Sequence record: NC_070952.1
Length of the DNA: 64,000 bases
Direction: 5' to 3' (one strand)
The position numbers were made by a program, and so were the translations under genes. Below, piece after piece: positions 1 to 7,357 of this stretch (position 1 is the first letter of the stretch; each line of letters begins with the position of its first letter). The notes under the pieces are model-generated. The model ran no database searches, was not told the DNA's origin, and saw nothing but the letters and a program-made list of their open reading frames with translations.

Positions 1-2
1 TG

Positions 3-260
3 AATAATGGTAACAACATGGGAATGAACATGAATCCCATGATGATGAACATGATGAATATGATGAACAACCCAATGATGAACAATGGATTAGTTCCACT
101 GGTCGGCATGGGTATGGGTAACCAAGGTGCTTTTGTCCGTGATCCATATAGCAACAACATGGTTCCGAGCAACGGCATGGTCACCAATAATGGCCTGAAC
201 AACAATTCATTCCCTCAGGATAATGGATTGTTTTCTGGCGGCGTTAACAACGGTTATTAA
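3..260 (+). CDS. 3' end of a gene truncated by the window edge; Met/Asn/Gly-rich low-complexity tail
   Basis: Frame is open from base 3 (NNGNNMGMNMNPMMMNMMNMMNNPMMNN...) to TAA at 258-260, followed by a perfect palindrome. Confidence 0.7.
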   Translation, partial: NNGNNMGMNMNPMMMNMMNMMNNPMMNNGLVPLVGMGMGNQGAFVRDPYSNNMVPSNGMVTNNGLNNNSFPQDNGLFSGGVNNGY

Positions 261-282
261 TCTCTAAACGAAAAGTAAATAA

Positions 283-310
283 CTACTCCCTACGATATCG
301 TAGGGAGTAG
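283..310. terminator. Perfect 28-bp palindrome at a convergent junction (YTAC hairpin family)
   Basis: CTACTCCCTACGAT|ATCGTAGGGAGTAG between stops at 260 (+) and 328 (-). Confidence 0.75.
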
Positions 311-327
311 CATTACTGTTTAATTTT

Positions 328-672
328 TTATTGTCGAACGGTACGTGTACTCTGAATCAGTAAATCAATTTGTTCGTAAGTAACTGTGTAGATACCTTTA
401 AGGTGAGAAAAATCTTGATTGGGGTTTTCAATTCCGTTGATAAAGGAAATCGTCCAAATTAATTCTTCTGGGATTGCAGTCATCCCGCTGGTACTGGTTC
501 GTAACTGGCGTAGGAATTTATGGAAGTTGTACCGGTATGCGTATTTAATACCGAGTTCTAAAAATGGAGTATATGAGGCGTTCTTAAGTAAGACCTCTTT
601 GCAAGATCGCACTATGACCTTGTATTCGTCGGTGTAGTAATAAGAATCACCGCCAGTATAAGGAAGGGGCAT
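328..672 (-). CDS. Hypothetical protein, weak LysM/T4 gp53-like baseplate wedge resemblance
   Basis: 114-aa ORF with GGAG SD; segment IPEELIWTISFINGIENP resembles the W-x-I-x-x-x-N-x-I-x-N-P pattern of LysM/gp53-like proteins (by eye only). Confidence 0.55.
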   Translation of the reverse strand: MPLPYTGGDSYYYTDEYKVIVRSCKEVLLKNASYTPFLELGIKYAYRYNFHKFLRQLRTSTSGMTAIPEELIWTISFINGIENPNQDFSHLKGIYTVTYEQIDLLIQSTRTVRQ

Positions 673-711
673 TCTGAATCTCCAATAATTTTCGCGCCAA
701 AGATAATCAAG

Positions 712-730
712 CAGATATTATCTTTATGTA
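712..730 (+). promoter_or_regulatory. Putative phage early/middle promoter motif
   Basis: CAGATATTATCTTTATGTA; related copies at 6007, 47402 and 54223, all intergenic and upstream of operon starts. Confidence 0.55.
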
Positions 731-753
731 TAATAAAAGAGGTGTCATGCAAC

Positions 754-2850
754 ATGGATAAGCACAATCAGATTAAACCGAATACGGCAGGTGTCGCTAT
801 CGGTATGAACACTAACAGAGCAACCAACTCTTCCTCACGCTTGTATATGCTCGGGAAGAACCAAGGTAAAGCGGCTGTTATCCACGGTACCACAAACCGT
901 AAGTATATTTCTGGTGATGAACAAGAGTATACGAAAGGCGCCCGTAAAGTAGAAACAGAGTCTGATGTAGAAGTTGAAGAGATTCTGTTTGTTCGAGATA
1001 TCGTTAATGAAAAGGAACCTACTCAGTGGGGTTCTCACTTCGTTATTGTAAAGGATCTCGAAACCGGACTTTACGACGTAATCGAATTGTCTAAGTTTCA
1101 CGCTCAAAATATGGATCTTGGCTTTGAGTTTAAATACGACAAAGACTTGCTCCGCTCGATTCATAAAGGTGCACGATTCCGTAAAGGGACGGTATTTGCA
1201 ACGTCTGCTCGTATCACCGAAAGTAATGAGTGGGTACCTGGTGCCGAAACCAAAGTAGCTGCAATGTCCCACGTTTATACCGAAGAGGATGCCGTTGTTA
1301 TCTTTGAGCATTATGCAAAGAAGATCGGCGTTACTTTCAAACGCAGTCATGACTTCCAGTGGAATGAGGATGAGTATATTCCGTTGAACCTTTATGGGAC
1401 AATCGATCATCCACAACCTTTCCCACTGTCTGGTGAAACTGTGCGTGCTGACGGTATCGTTATGGGTTTTCGTCGTAAGGATGCGGATTCAGCGATGGCC
1501 GGTCTTACCAAGAAAGCATTGATGGAACCGGATGACATTTATGATATCTTATTCCACAGCAGTGCTAACTGTGTGGTTGCCGATATTGAAGTTTCCACCG
1601 AGCGTTATAAAAACGTCTCGAACAACAAACGTGCTGAGAAACGCAGTCAACCCCATACGGCTATTCTGGAACGTATTGAAGAAGCGCAGAATGCTTTTGC
1701 TAACTCCGTTGTTAAATGGTTTAAGGAAAAGCAGAAAGTATATAAAGACAAGAAAGTTCCAATCTCTCGTGCACTGTGGAACTTGATCTGCTTTAACGGT
1801 ATGGGGGATATCACCCGTGACTTCAGTACACCGAACAGTCAGGGTCGTTATAACAAGGTTAAACGTAAAACCGGTAATATCCAATTGAAAGATTGGCGTA
1901 TCCGTATTCACCTTCGTGAAGATGTAGAAGGGAAAACGCGATTCAAGAACACCGGGATGGACGGTAACAAATCGATCATCATGAAGGTTCTGCCTTCACA
2001 CATGGCGCCGGTTGATGATCACGGTAACGTTGCTGATATGATCGTGGGTAACACCCCGGGTTATCGTCGTCAGATTTATAACTCATTCATCGAGCTTGAT
2101 GTTAACTTCGTGAACATTCATTTGTATCCGAAGATTGTCAAAGCGTACAATGAAAAGGATTATGATCTGGCTTGGAAGATCGCTTATGATTTCTATGAGA
2201 CGGTTTCTCCAGAACACGGTGCGATCATGGATACGTTTACCGATGAAATGCGAATGAACCATCTGAAGTGGATCATGGCAGATGAAAATGAGTTCGCGTC
2301 TCTGGGTAATAACACCGATGATATTCAAGGTGTGAAAATCGTTGAACGTATTGTTGACCGTTATCCTGAAATTCAACCAACTCCGGTAACCTTCGTTAAT
2401 GAATGGGGTGAAACCAAACGTACCCGTCACCCAATTGTGATCAGTAGTGTTTACTATATCATGTTGGATAAGTTCGGTGATGATATCTCTTGTCAGTCTA
2501 CCCCGAAACTGAATATCTTTGGTCTGCCAACCTCGTTGTCTAAGCACGAAAGAGCACGTAACTTTTATCGTGCTACGCTTAACCGAAATGTGGGCGAAAC
2601 CGAAGGACGTCTGTTCATTAATCAGAAAGGCGGTGGTGCTGCAACTCGAATGCTAGCTTGGGCAAACTCCGCTGAACTGCTGGAGATCTCAATTGAACGT
2701 TTGATCCGTGCAGAAAACCCGTTCCTGATTCCAGAACTGATCAAACCGGGTGAAGAGAAAAAGAACCACTCTCTTCAAGTGATCGACAATATGTTCTCTG
2801 ATTTTGGCTTAGTATTGAGGAAAGAGCGTGAAGACGATAAAACTGCGTGA
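754..2850 (+). CDS. Non-virion RNA polymerase beta subunit, C-terminal half (phiKZ gp71-73-like)
   Basis: KTRFKNTGMDGNKSII matches beta GDK-x-x-GRHGNKG; NRNVGETEGRLF matches RFGEME-x-x-AL; adjacent to a beta' fragment. ATG 754 chosen over GTG 742 because of SD AGAGGT. Confidence 0.9.
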   Translation: MDKHNQIKPNTAGVAIGMNTNRATNSSSRLYMLGKNQGKAAVIHGTTNRKYISGDEQEYTKGARKVETESDVEVEEILFVRDIVNEKEPTQWGSHFVIVKDLETGLYDVIELSKFHAQNMDLGFEFKYDKDLLRSIHKGARFRKGTVFATSARITESNEWVPGAETKVAAMSHVYTEEDAVVIFEHYAKKIGVTFKRSHDFQWNEDEYIPLNLYGTIDHPQPFPLSGETVRADGIVMGFRRKDADSAMAGLTKKALMEPDDIYDILFHSSANCVVADIEVSTERYKNVSNNKRAEKRSQPHTAILERIEEAQNAFANSVVKWFKEKQKVYKDKKVPISRALWNLICFNGMGDITRDFSTPNSQGRYNKVKRKTGNIQLKDWRIRIHLREDVEGKTRFKNTGMDGNKSIIMKVLPSHMAPVDDHGNVADMIVGNTPGYRRQIYNSFIELDVNFVNIHLYPKIVKAYNEKDYDLAWKIAYDFYETVSPEHGAIMDTFTDEMRMNHLKWIMADENEFASLGNNTDDIQGVKIVERIVDRYPEIQPTPVTFVNEWGETKRTRHPIVISSVYYIMLDKFGDDISCQSTPKLNIFGLPTSLSKHERARNFYRATLNRNVGETEGRLFINQKGGGAATRMLAWANSAELLEISIERLIRAENPFLIPELIKPGEEKKNHSLQVIDNMFSDFGLVLRKEREDDKTA

Positions 2851-4849
2851 GTTTGCAAATCTATCCTGTTTAGCAATGTTGCAGTTTACAGAGCGTCGAA
2901 TTAAGATCGAAGTTCTGGATGATGTCGGTGATAAACAAATTACCGATACCTGGATGCTGGGACTGAGTTGGTTCAGTCTGATTGTCCATCGTCATTATAA
3001 TGATGAACCGTATCACATTAATGAGCTGGCGCTGTTGAAAGAGAAAGACGGACGCCAATCCTTCATCGATGATGATACCCTGAAGAAACCAATCGATAAC
3101 TTCCTTGAGCGACTGATGCCCAAGTATGACGATCCGGTCTTCTATGATTTCATCAAACAACTTATCTTTACCTGGCATAACCAGTGTCATAACTATCTGG
3201 CGATCAAAGGCGAAACAGGTGTGGTCTCTGCGCGCGCAGTAGACATTGTACACATCTATCGAAACCCTAAGATCATGGATCTGCGAGAGCGTGTACACAG
3301 CCGTAAAACCAACATGGCCGATGCACACAAAGAGTTCGAACAGATTATGATGACAGAGAAAGACCTGGATAAGCTGGTCTTCACTTTGTTGTATCGTACT
3401 CGTTCGGTTAACTCAACGCAGTCTTTCCAGTTGATTGTATCGCGTGGAGACGTGTTCGATTTGAACAACGTTATTCTGCCGAATACCATCATGACCAGTT
3501 ATGCTGATGGCATTACCAATCTGGCAGATTCTCTGGGTGACTCCAAAGGTGCGGGCTTCTCTCTGATCAGTAACGGTTCAGCACTTCAGGATTCCGAGTG
3601 GTTCCATAAAAAGATCCACAACGTTTCTCAAGTCGTGCAAGGTATTCGTTATCAAACAGACTGTGGGTCTACGGTGGGTCCGGTATTGAAGATCATCAGT
3701 ACCGAGTTTAAGAAGTCGTTAGTGGGACGTTGGACGATTAATGATGATGGTACCAATACCTTACTGACTTATGAAGAAGTGAAGAAGTTGGAGACAGGGA
3801 ACTCTATCCGGATTCGTGACATCGCTTGGTGTCATCATGCTAAAGCCGGTAAACCTTGTTCCAGATGTTTCGGTAAGATGGAATCTGCTATTCCGTATAA
3901 TCCTTTTACACTGAAAGCAGGGGTTCCAGGTCTGTTCTATGGTTCCACGTTTGCTGAACCTATTGGTCAGTCAATCTTGAAAACCAAACACCGTATCGGG
4001 TCAGCAACTTCCGTCGGGTTTAAAGTAGAACGTGCCGATCTTCCGTATATCACTACCGATGAAACCGGTGACTTCATTTACTTCCATAAAGATATCCTGA
4101 ACGACGTCTCTGATCCATATATCATCTTGGATAAAGAAACGCAGCAGGACTTCTCTGACTTCCAATTCATGGACAGCCTGGATGATCTGGATGCTACTCG
4201 TTTTCGTACCTATGAAGCGATCAAACTTAAAGTCAGCATTGTTAACCCAATGTTCGATGATAAGAAAGCAACCTACTTCCCTGTACTGACCACCACCATT
4301 GCTTCTCGTGATGCCCGAATGACCAAAACGTTCATTCAGTATCTGCTGGGCAAACCGATGGAAGAAGAAGGTCGTAACTTTAAGATCTCGTTGAAAGACT
4401 ATGACTTTAAAGAACCGGCATTTGAACTTCCACAGGTGAACGAAGATTTGGATGCGTATCGTAAACGTGTTGAGAGTTTCCTGAAGTTCCCTCATGTTAA
4501 CCGTCGCTGGGATGTGAAAGTGACACCTGAAATTCATGGTGAAACAATGATCGCATTCTGGAAAGTGGTTGATGAGAAATATAAGGAAGCCAACATTGTT
4601 ATGCATTCTATTTTCTTGTGGGCATGTATGGCACGCGATCCTGAGAATCTGGACTTTGGTATTCCGGTTGGCGAAGAACCGCGTAACTTCATCAGTCTTC
4701 ATGACGCAGTGCTGAACCGTGGTCTGGGTAACACCTTACTGTATGGTTGGCAGGCAAGTGCGCTGTTGGGTCACCCAAATAACATGCGCATTAAAAACCG
4801 TCAAGGCGGTGCACTGGAAGCATTCATGCATCCAATCGCTCGCGATTAA
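2828..4849 (+). CDS. Non-virion RNA polymerase beta' subunit, C-terminal half (phiKZ gp74-like)
   Basis: Zn ligands DCGST...WCHHAKAGKPCSRCFG; trigger-loop-like FAEPIGQSILKTKH; overlaps the beta gene. Confidence 0.9.
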   Translation: MKTIKLREFANLSCLAMLQFTERRIKIEVLDDVGDKQITDTWMLGLSWFSLIVHRHYNDEPYHINELALLKEKDGRQSFIDDDTLKKPIDNFLERLMPKYDDPVFYDFIKQLIFTWHNQCHNYLAIKGETGVVSARAVDIVHIYRNPKIMDLRERVHSRKTNMADAHKEFEQIMMTEKDLDKLVFTLLYRTRSVNSTQSFQLIVSRGDVFDLNNVILPNTIMTSYADGITNLADSLGDSKGAGFSLISNGSALQDSEWFHKKIHNVSQVVQGIRYQTDCGSTVGPVLKIISTEFKKSLVGRWTINDDGTNTLLTYEEVKKLETGNSIRIRDIAWCHHAKAGKPCSRCFGKMESAIPYNPFTLKAGVPGLFYGSTFAEPIGQSILKTKHRIGSATSVGFKVERADLPYITTDETGDFIYFHKDILNDVSDPYIILDKETQQDFSDFQFMDSLDDLDATRFRTYEAIKLKVSIVNPMFDDKKATYFPVLTTTIASRDARMTKTFIQYLLGKPMEEEGRNFKISLKDYDFKEPAFELPQVNEDLDAYRKRVESFLKFPHVNRRWDVKVTPEIHGETMIAFWKVVDEKYKEANIVMHSIFLWACMARDPENLDFGIPVGEEPRNFISLHDAVLNRGLGNTLLYGWQASALLGHPNNMRIKNRQGGALEAFMHPIARD

Positions 4850-4855
4850 TTAACC

Positions 4856-4869
4856 GGACAAGGATGTCC
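4856..4869 (+). promoter_or_regulatory. Candidate CsrA/RsmA-binding hairpin
   Basis: GGACA-AGGA-TGTCC; contains ACAAGGAUGU versus CsrA consensus RUACARGGAUGU, with GGA in the loop, just upstream of the SD of ORF 4889. Confidence 0.45.
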
Positions 4870-4888
4870 ACTATTAGGGTACGTTATC

Positions 4889-5074
4889 GTGGAATACAAA
4901 TACGATGATTTATTACAGTCGATCCAAGAATCTCAGTGCAACATTAAGGGCAAATGGGTAGCGTGTCGTCCTAAAGGACCGCTGGGTTGGCCAGGCTTTA
5001 AAATCCGGGTACGTTCAGCCTGGCGAGTATTGACTGGCAAAGCCGATGCGTTCACGTGGCCAGGTGGTCAATAA
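4889..5074 (+). CDS. Small hypothetical phage protein
   Basis: 61 aa, GTG start with AGGG SD; W-x-x-x-RP...R-x-x-x-AW-x-VLTGKADA pattern; TAATG-coupled to the next gene. Confidence 0.7.
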   Translation: MEYKYDDLLQSIQESQCNIKGKWVACRPKGPLGWPGFKIRVRSAWRVLTGKADAFTWPGGQ

Positions 5075-5394
5075 TGCGAATCACTTCAACCCCAGGTGAA
5101 ATCCTGAAAGAAGAATACATGACGCCTTATAATCTCACTAACAATAAGTTAGCAGAGATGTTGGGTGTTAATGAAGGGACGTTGTCTCGACTGGTTAATG
5201 GTAAGGTTTCATTAAGCTCCGATATGGCTCTGCGTTTGGGTAAGGTGCTGGGTACCACACCGATGTTTTGGATTAACCTTCAATCGACTCATGATATCTC
5301 TGTTGCTAAAACCAATAAAGATCTTCAGGCGAGTATTGACAAGTTGGTTCCATTCTTTAAACGCTCGGTAACGGAAACTAGCGAAGATGCTTAA
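5074..5394 (+). CDS. higA: HigA/VapI-family XRE-HTH antitoxin-like protein
   Basis: TPGEILKEEYM...LAEMLGV...LSRLVNGK..LSSDMALRLGKVLGTTPMFWINLQ..HD is the HigA signature (HPGEIL-x-EE-F/Y...MALRL...FW-x-NLQ-x-x-YD); start overlaps the upstream TAA. Confidence 0.85.
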   Translation: MRITSTPGEILKEEYMTPYNLTNNKLAEMLGVNEGTLSRLVNGKVSLSSDMALRLGKVLGTTPMFWINLQSTHDISVAKTNKDLQASIDKLVPFFKRSVTETSEDA

Positions 5395-5632
5395 ATCGAT
5401 TCTTGAAATCCTTCCTGGTCAGCTGATTGAAATTAAATCCAAGGCCGGTGGGATCCAGCAGGCGCCATTTACCAAAACAGTTGCCACGGTAACCGAAGAC
5501 GGATTCACTGTCACGGATACTGACTACGCTGGTTATGTCTTTCCTTTAAGTATGGATAACTACCTCGGTACAATCGATGTAGCATCCATGGAAGGCAAAG
5601 AAAGTTGGACACTTCAGCAGTTCTCTCAATAA
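5387..5632 (+). CDS. Hypothetical protein
   Basis: 81-aa ORF overlapping the higA stop; followed by a hairpin. Confidence 0.65.
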   Translation: MLKSILEILPGQLIEIKSKAGGIQQAPFTKTVATVTEDGFTVTDTDYAGYVFPLSMDNYLGTIDVASMEGKESWTLQQFSQ

Positions 5633-5637
5633 ATCCT

Positions 5638-5665
5638 ATCCACTTCCTGTAAAAGGGAAGTGGGT
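5638..5665 (+). terminator. Putative terminator hairpin
   Basis: ATCCACTTCC-tgtaaaag-GGAAGTGGGT followed by ATTTGTTT. Confidence 0.5.
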
Positions 5666-5682
5666 ATTTGTTTGGAGCAGGT

Positions 5683-5982
5683 ATGAAAAGTAACATTGAT
5701 TTAAAGTTCTTTGATCAGTGTAAAAATTATTTTGTCTATCACCATAAAAATAACCTTCCTTTTACCCGAGGGTTTGGTGAAGGACGACCTTTGCGTTCAC
5801 AGAGTGAATATCTTGAATATCGTTATATTGATCTTAATGATGAAACTTTTGACGCGATAAAAGAAAAGGTAAAGACTCATCTGGAAAAAGAAGACCCTAA
5901 CCTCACTTATGGTGTTTTTCGAGTGAGCGTGGAAAAGTTAACTAAAGGGTATGAAATTAATGTAGGGTACTACTACATCTAA
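5683..5982 (+). CDS. Hypothetical protein
   Basis: ATG 5683 with GGAG SD; 99 aa. Confidence 0.65.
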   Translation: MKSNIDLKFFDQCKNYFVYHHKNNLPFTRGFGEGRPLRSQSEYLEYRYIDLNDETFDAIKEKVKTHLEKEDPNLTYGVFRVSVEKLTKGYEINVGYYYI

Positions 5983-6006
5983 ATCCCACAGTAATTTAAT
6001 TTCAAA

Positions 6007-6025
6007 CATATATCATTATCGTGTA
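6007..6025 (+). promoter_or_regulatory. Putative phage early promoter motif
   Basis: CATATATCATTATCGTGTA; 17/19 identical to the copy at 54223. Confidence 0.6.
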
Positions 6026-6047
6026 ACTAACCACACAGGTAATAACT

Positions 6048-6410
6048 ATGCCGGAACAAACTGCCAGTCCTGATATGATTCTCACCATTAAGAACGGCGA
6101 GTCATATGAGATGGGTTGTGAGTTGAAAAAGAAAACCCTACTCAGGCTTTCTGAAATCAATGTGGAAAATGAAGAGAGTATCTTCTTTCCAGAAGGTAAA
6201 AAATTTGTTCACAGTTTCGACCTGAGTAAAGGTGACAATGAACAGATCTTTGCTTTCACTAACCGTAAAGAACGCGAAGAAGGTTATGACCCTGTTTCTG
6301 TTCGCGGTAAGGCTTTCTTAAACGAAGGTATTATCAAGATCGAAGGTGAAGGGTTTGTCTCCATTGTACTTCATGTCTATGAGTACAGTGACACCAAAGA
6401 TAAAGAGTAA
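6048..6410 (+). CDS. Hypothetical beta-rich protein, paralog 1 of 3
   Basis: Motifs FPEGKKFVHSFDLSK and EGIIKIEGEGF shared with the next two ORFs. Confidence 0.75.
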   Translation: MPEQTASPDMILTIKNGESYEMGCELKKKTLLRLSEINVENEESIFFPEGKKFVHSFDLSKGDNEQIFAFTNRKEREEGYDPVSVRGKAFLNEGIIKIEGEGFVSIVLHVYEYSDTKDKE

Positions 6411-6810
6411 TCCCATGGGTATTCCACGCCATAAGCTACTGGGTGAACCAACTGTCTACGCCGTCCCTAAAAAGAAACCGTTCACCATTACAGATGAACT
6501 GGATGAAAACTGCGTCTTTGTATTAGAAGGAGCGTCGTTGATTCCTTATGACGAGACAGTGCACAAGAACATCTGTCTTGCCGTATTCCCACAGAAAGAA
6601 TTTGTACCTTCTTTTGATAAATCAAAAGAAAAGACTACCCTCATTAATATGTGGGCCAGTCGCAATCCTGCTGAAGATGCTAAGATCAAGATCACGGCTG
6701 AAATTAATATCAAAACGGGTGACGTTAAAGTTAACGGATCCGGGTTTGAATTTGTTATTATTCACATGTACCGTTTAAATAAGGATAGTAAAGATGTCAG
6801 TAAAGATTGA
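6373..6810 (+). CDS. Hypothetical beta-rich protein, paralog 2 of 3 (start uncertain)
   Basis: Motifs FPQKEFVPSFDKSK and TGDVKVNGSGF. Confidence 0.7.
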   Translation: MSMSTVTPKIKSNPMGIPRHKLLGEPTVYAVPKKKPFTITDELDENCVFVLEGASLIPYDETVHKNICLAVFPQKEFVPSFDKSKEKTTLINMWASRNPAEDAKIKITAEINIKTGDVKVNGSGFEFVIIHMYRLNKDSKDVSKD

Positions 6811-7210
6811 GAATGTTGAGTTAGTATTGAAAGATGCACCAGAAGTTTCTATTATCAAACTTCCTTCTACGCTGGTAAATAAAGCGTTTAGTTTTTTCCT
6901 GACTGAAATCAAAGGTGGTGATAAAGTTTTGGTTGAGTTTGACAAACCAAAACAAATGGTGCCGTCTTTTGAAAAAGCCAAATCGGACTCGATTCTGATT
7001 TTGCAATACAGTAATGCCGAGAAAGATGTTCCGGCTACCTTCTCCCTGGTACTGGAACTTGATCTCAACAAAGGTGAAGTTAAGATGACCGGTCACGGTT
7101 TCACTTCTGCTTCCTTGTCTGTTGAAAGCGAAGAGATACCAACCCAGCTGGAACCCGAAGCCCACCTGACCGAATCTGATGCCACACCAGGTGAAGACGC
7201 GGGAAAGTAG
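6794..7210 (+). CDS. Hypothetical beta-rich protein, paralog 3 of 3
   Basis: Motifs FDKPKQMVPSFEKAK and KGEVKMTGHGF; AAGGA SD. Confidence 0.75.
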   Translation: MSVKIENVELVLKDAPEVSIIKLPSTLVNKAFSFFLTEIKGGDKVLVEFDKPKQMVPSFEKAKSDSILILQYSNAEKDVPATFSLVLELDLNKGEVKMTGHGFTSASLSVESEEIPTQLEPEAHLTESDATPGEDAGK

Positions 7211-7357
7211 TATCCAGTTCATCTAAATAACTAAAGGGAAAAGGATTTCCCATAAAAGGAATTAGCATTTAAAAGTACTCCGGTCCGAATCAGATAGTCA
7301 AGTATCCTTTGGACGCCCAATTCACTGGGTTTCAGTACATAAAGAGGTTTGCGTCAG

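Noticed and set aside
754-2850. Intron or intein in the nvRNAP beta gene (phiKZ gp71-73 is intron-split)
   Set aside because: The ORF is continuous with motifs at normal spacing; no intein termini or HNH insert seen. None was seen in dnaB, polB or the other RNAP genes either
4001-4702. Long antisense ORFs (e.g. 4001-4702, 22013-22852, 49519-50157, 835-1416, 43734-44294)
   Set aside because: They lie wholly opposite well-supported genes, lack SDs and give unnatural sequence; they are expected shadows of codon bias
4889-5632. Complete HigBA toxin-antitoxin operon
   Set aside because: The flanking ORFs show no RelE/HigB-like features by eye, so it is reported as an orphan antitoxin
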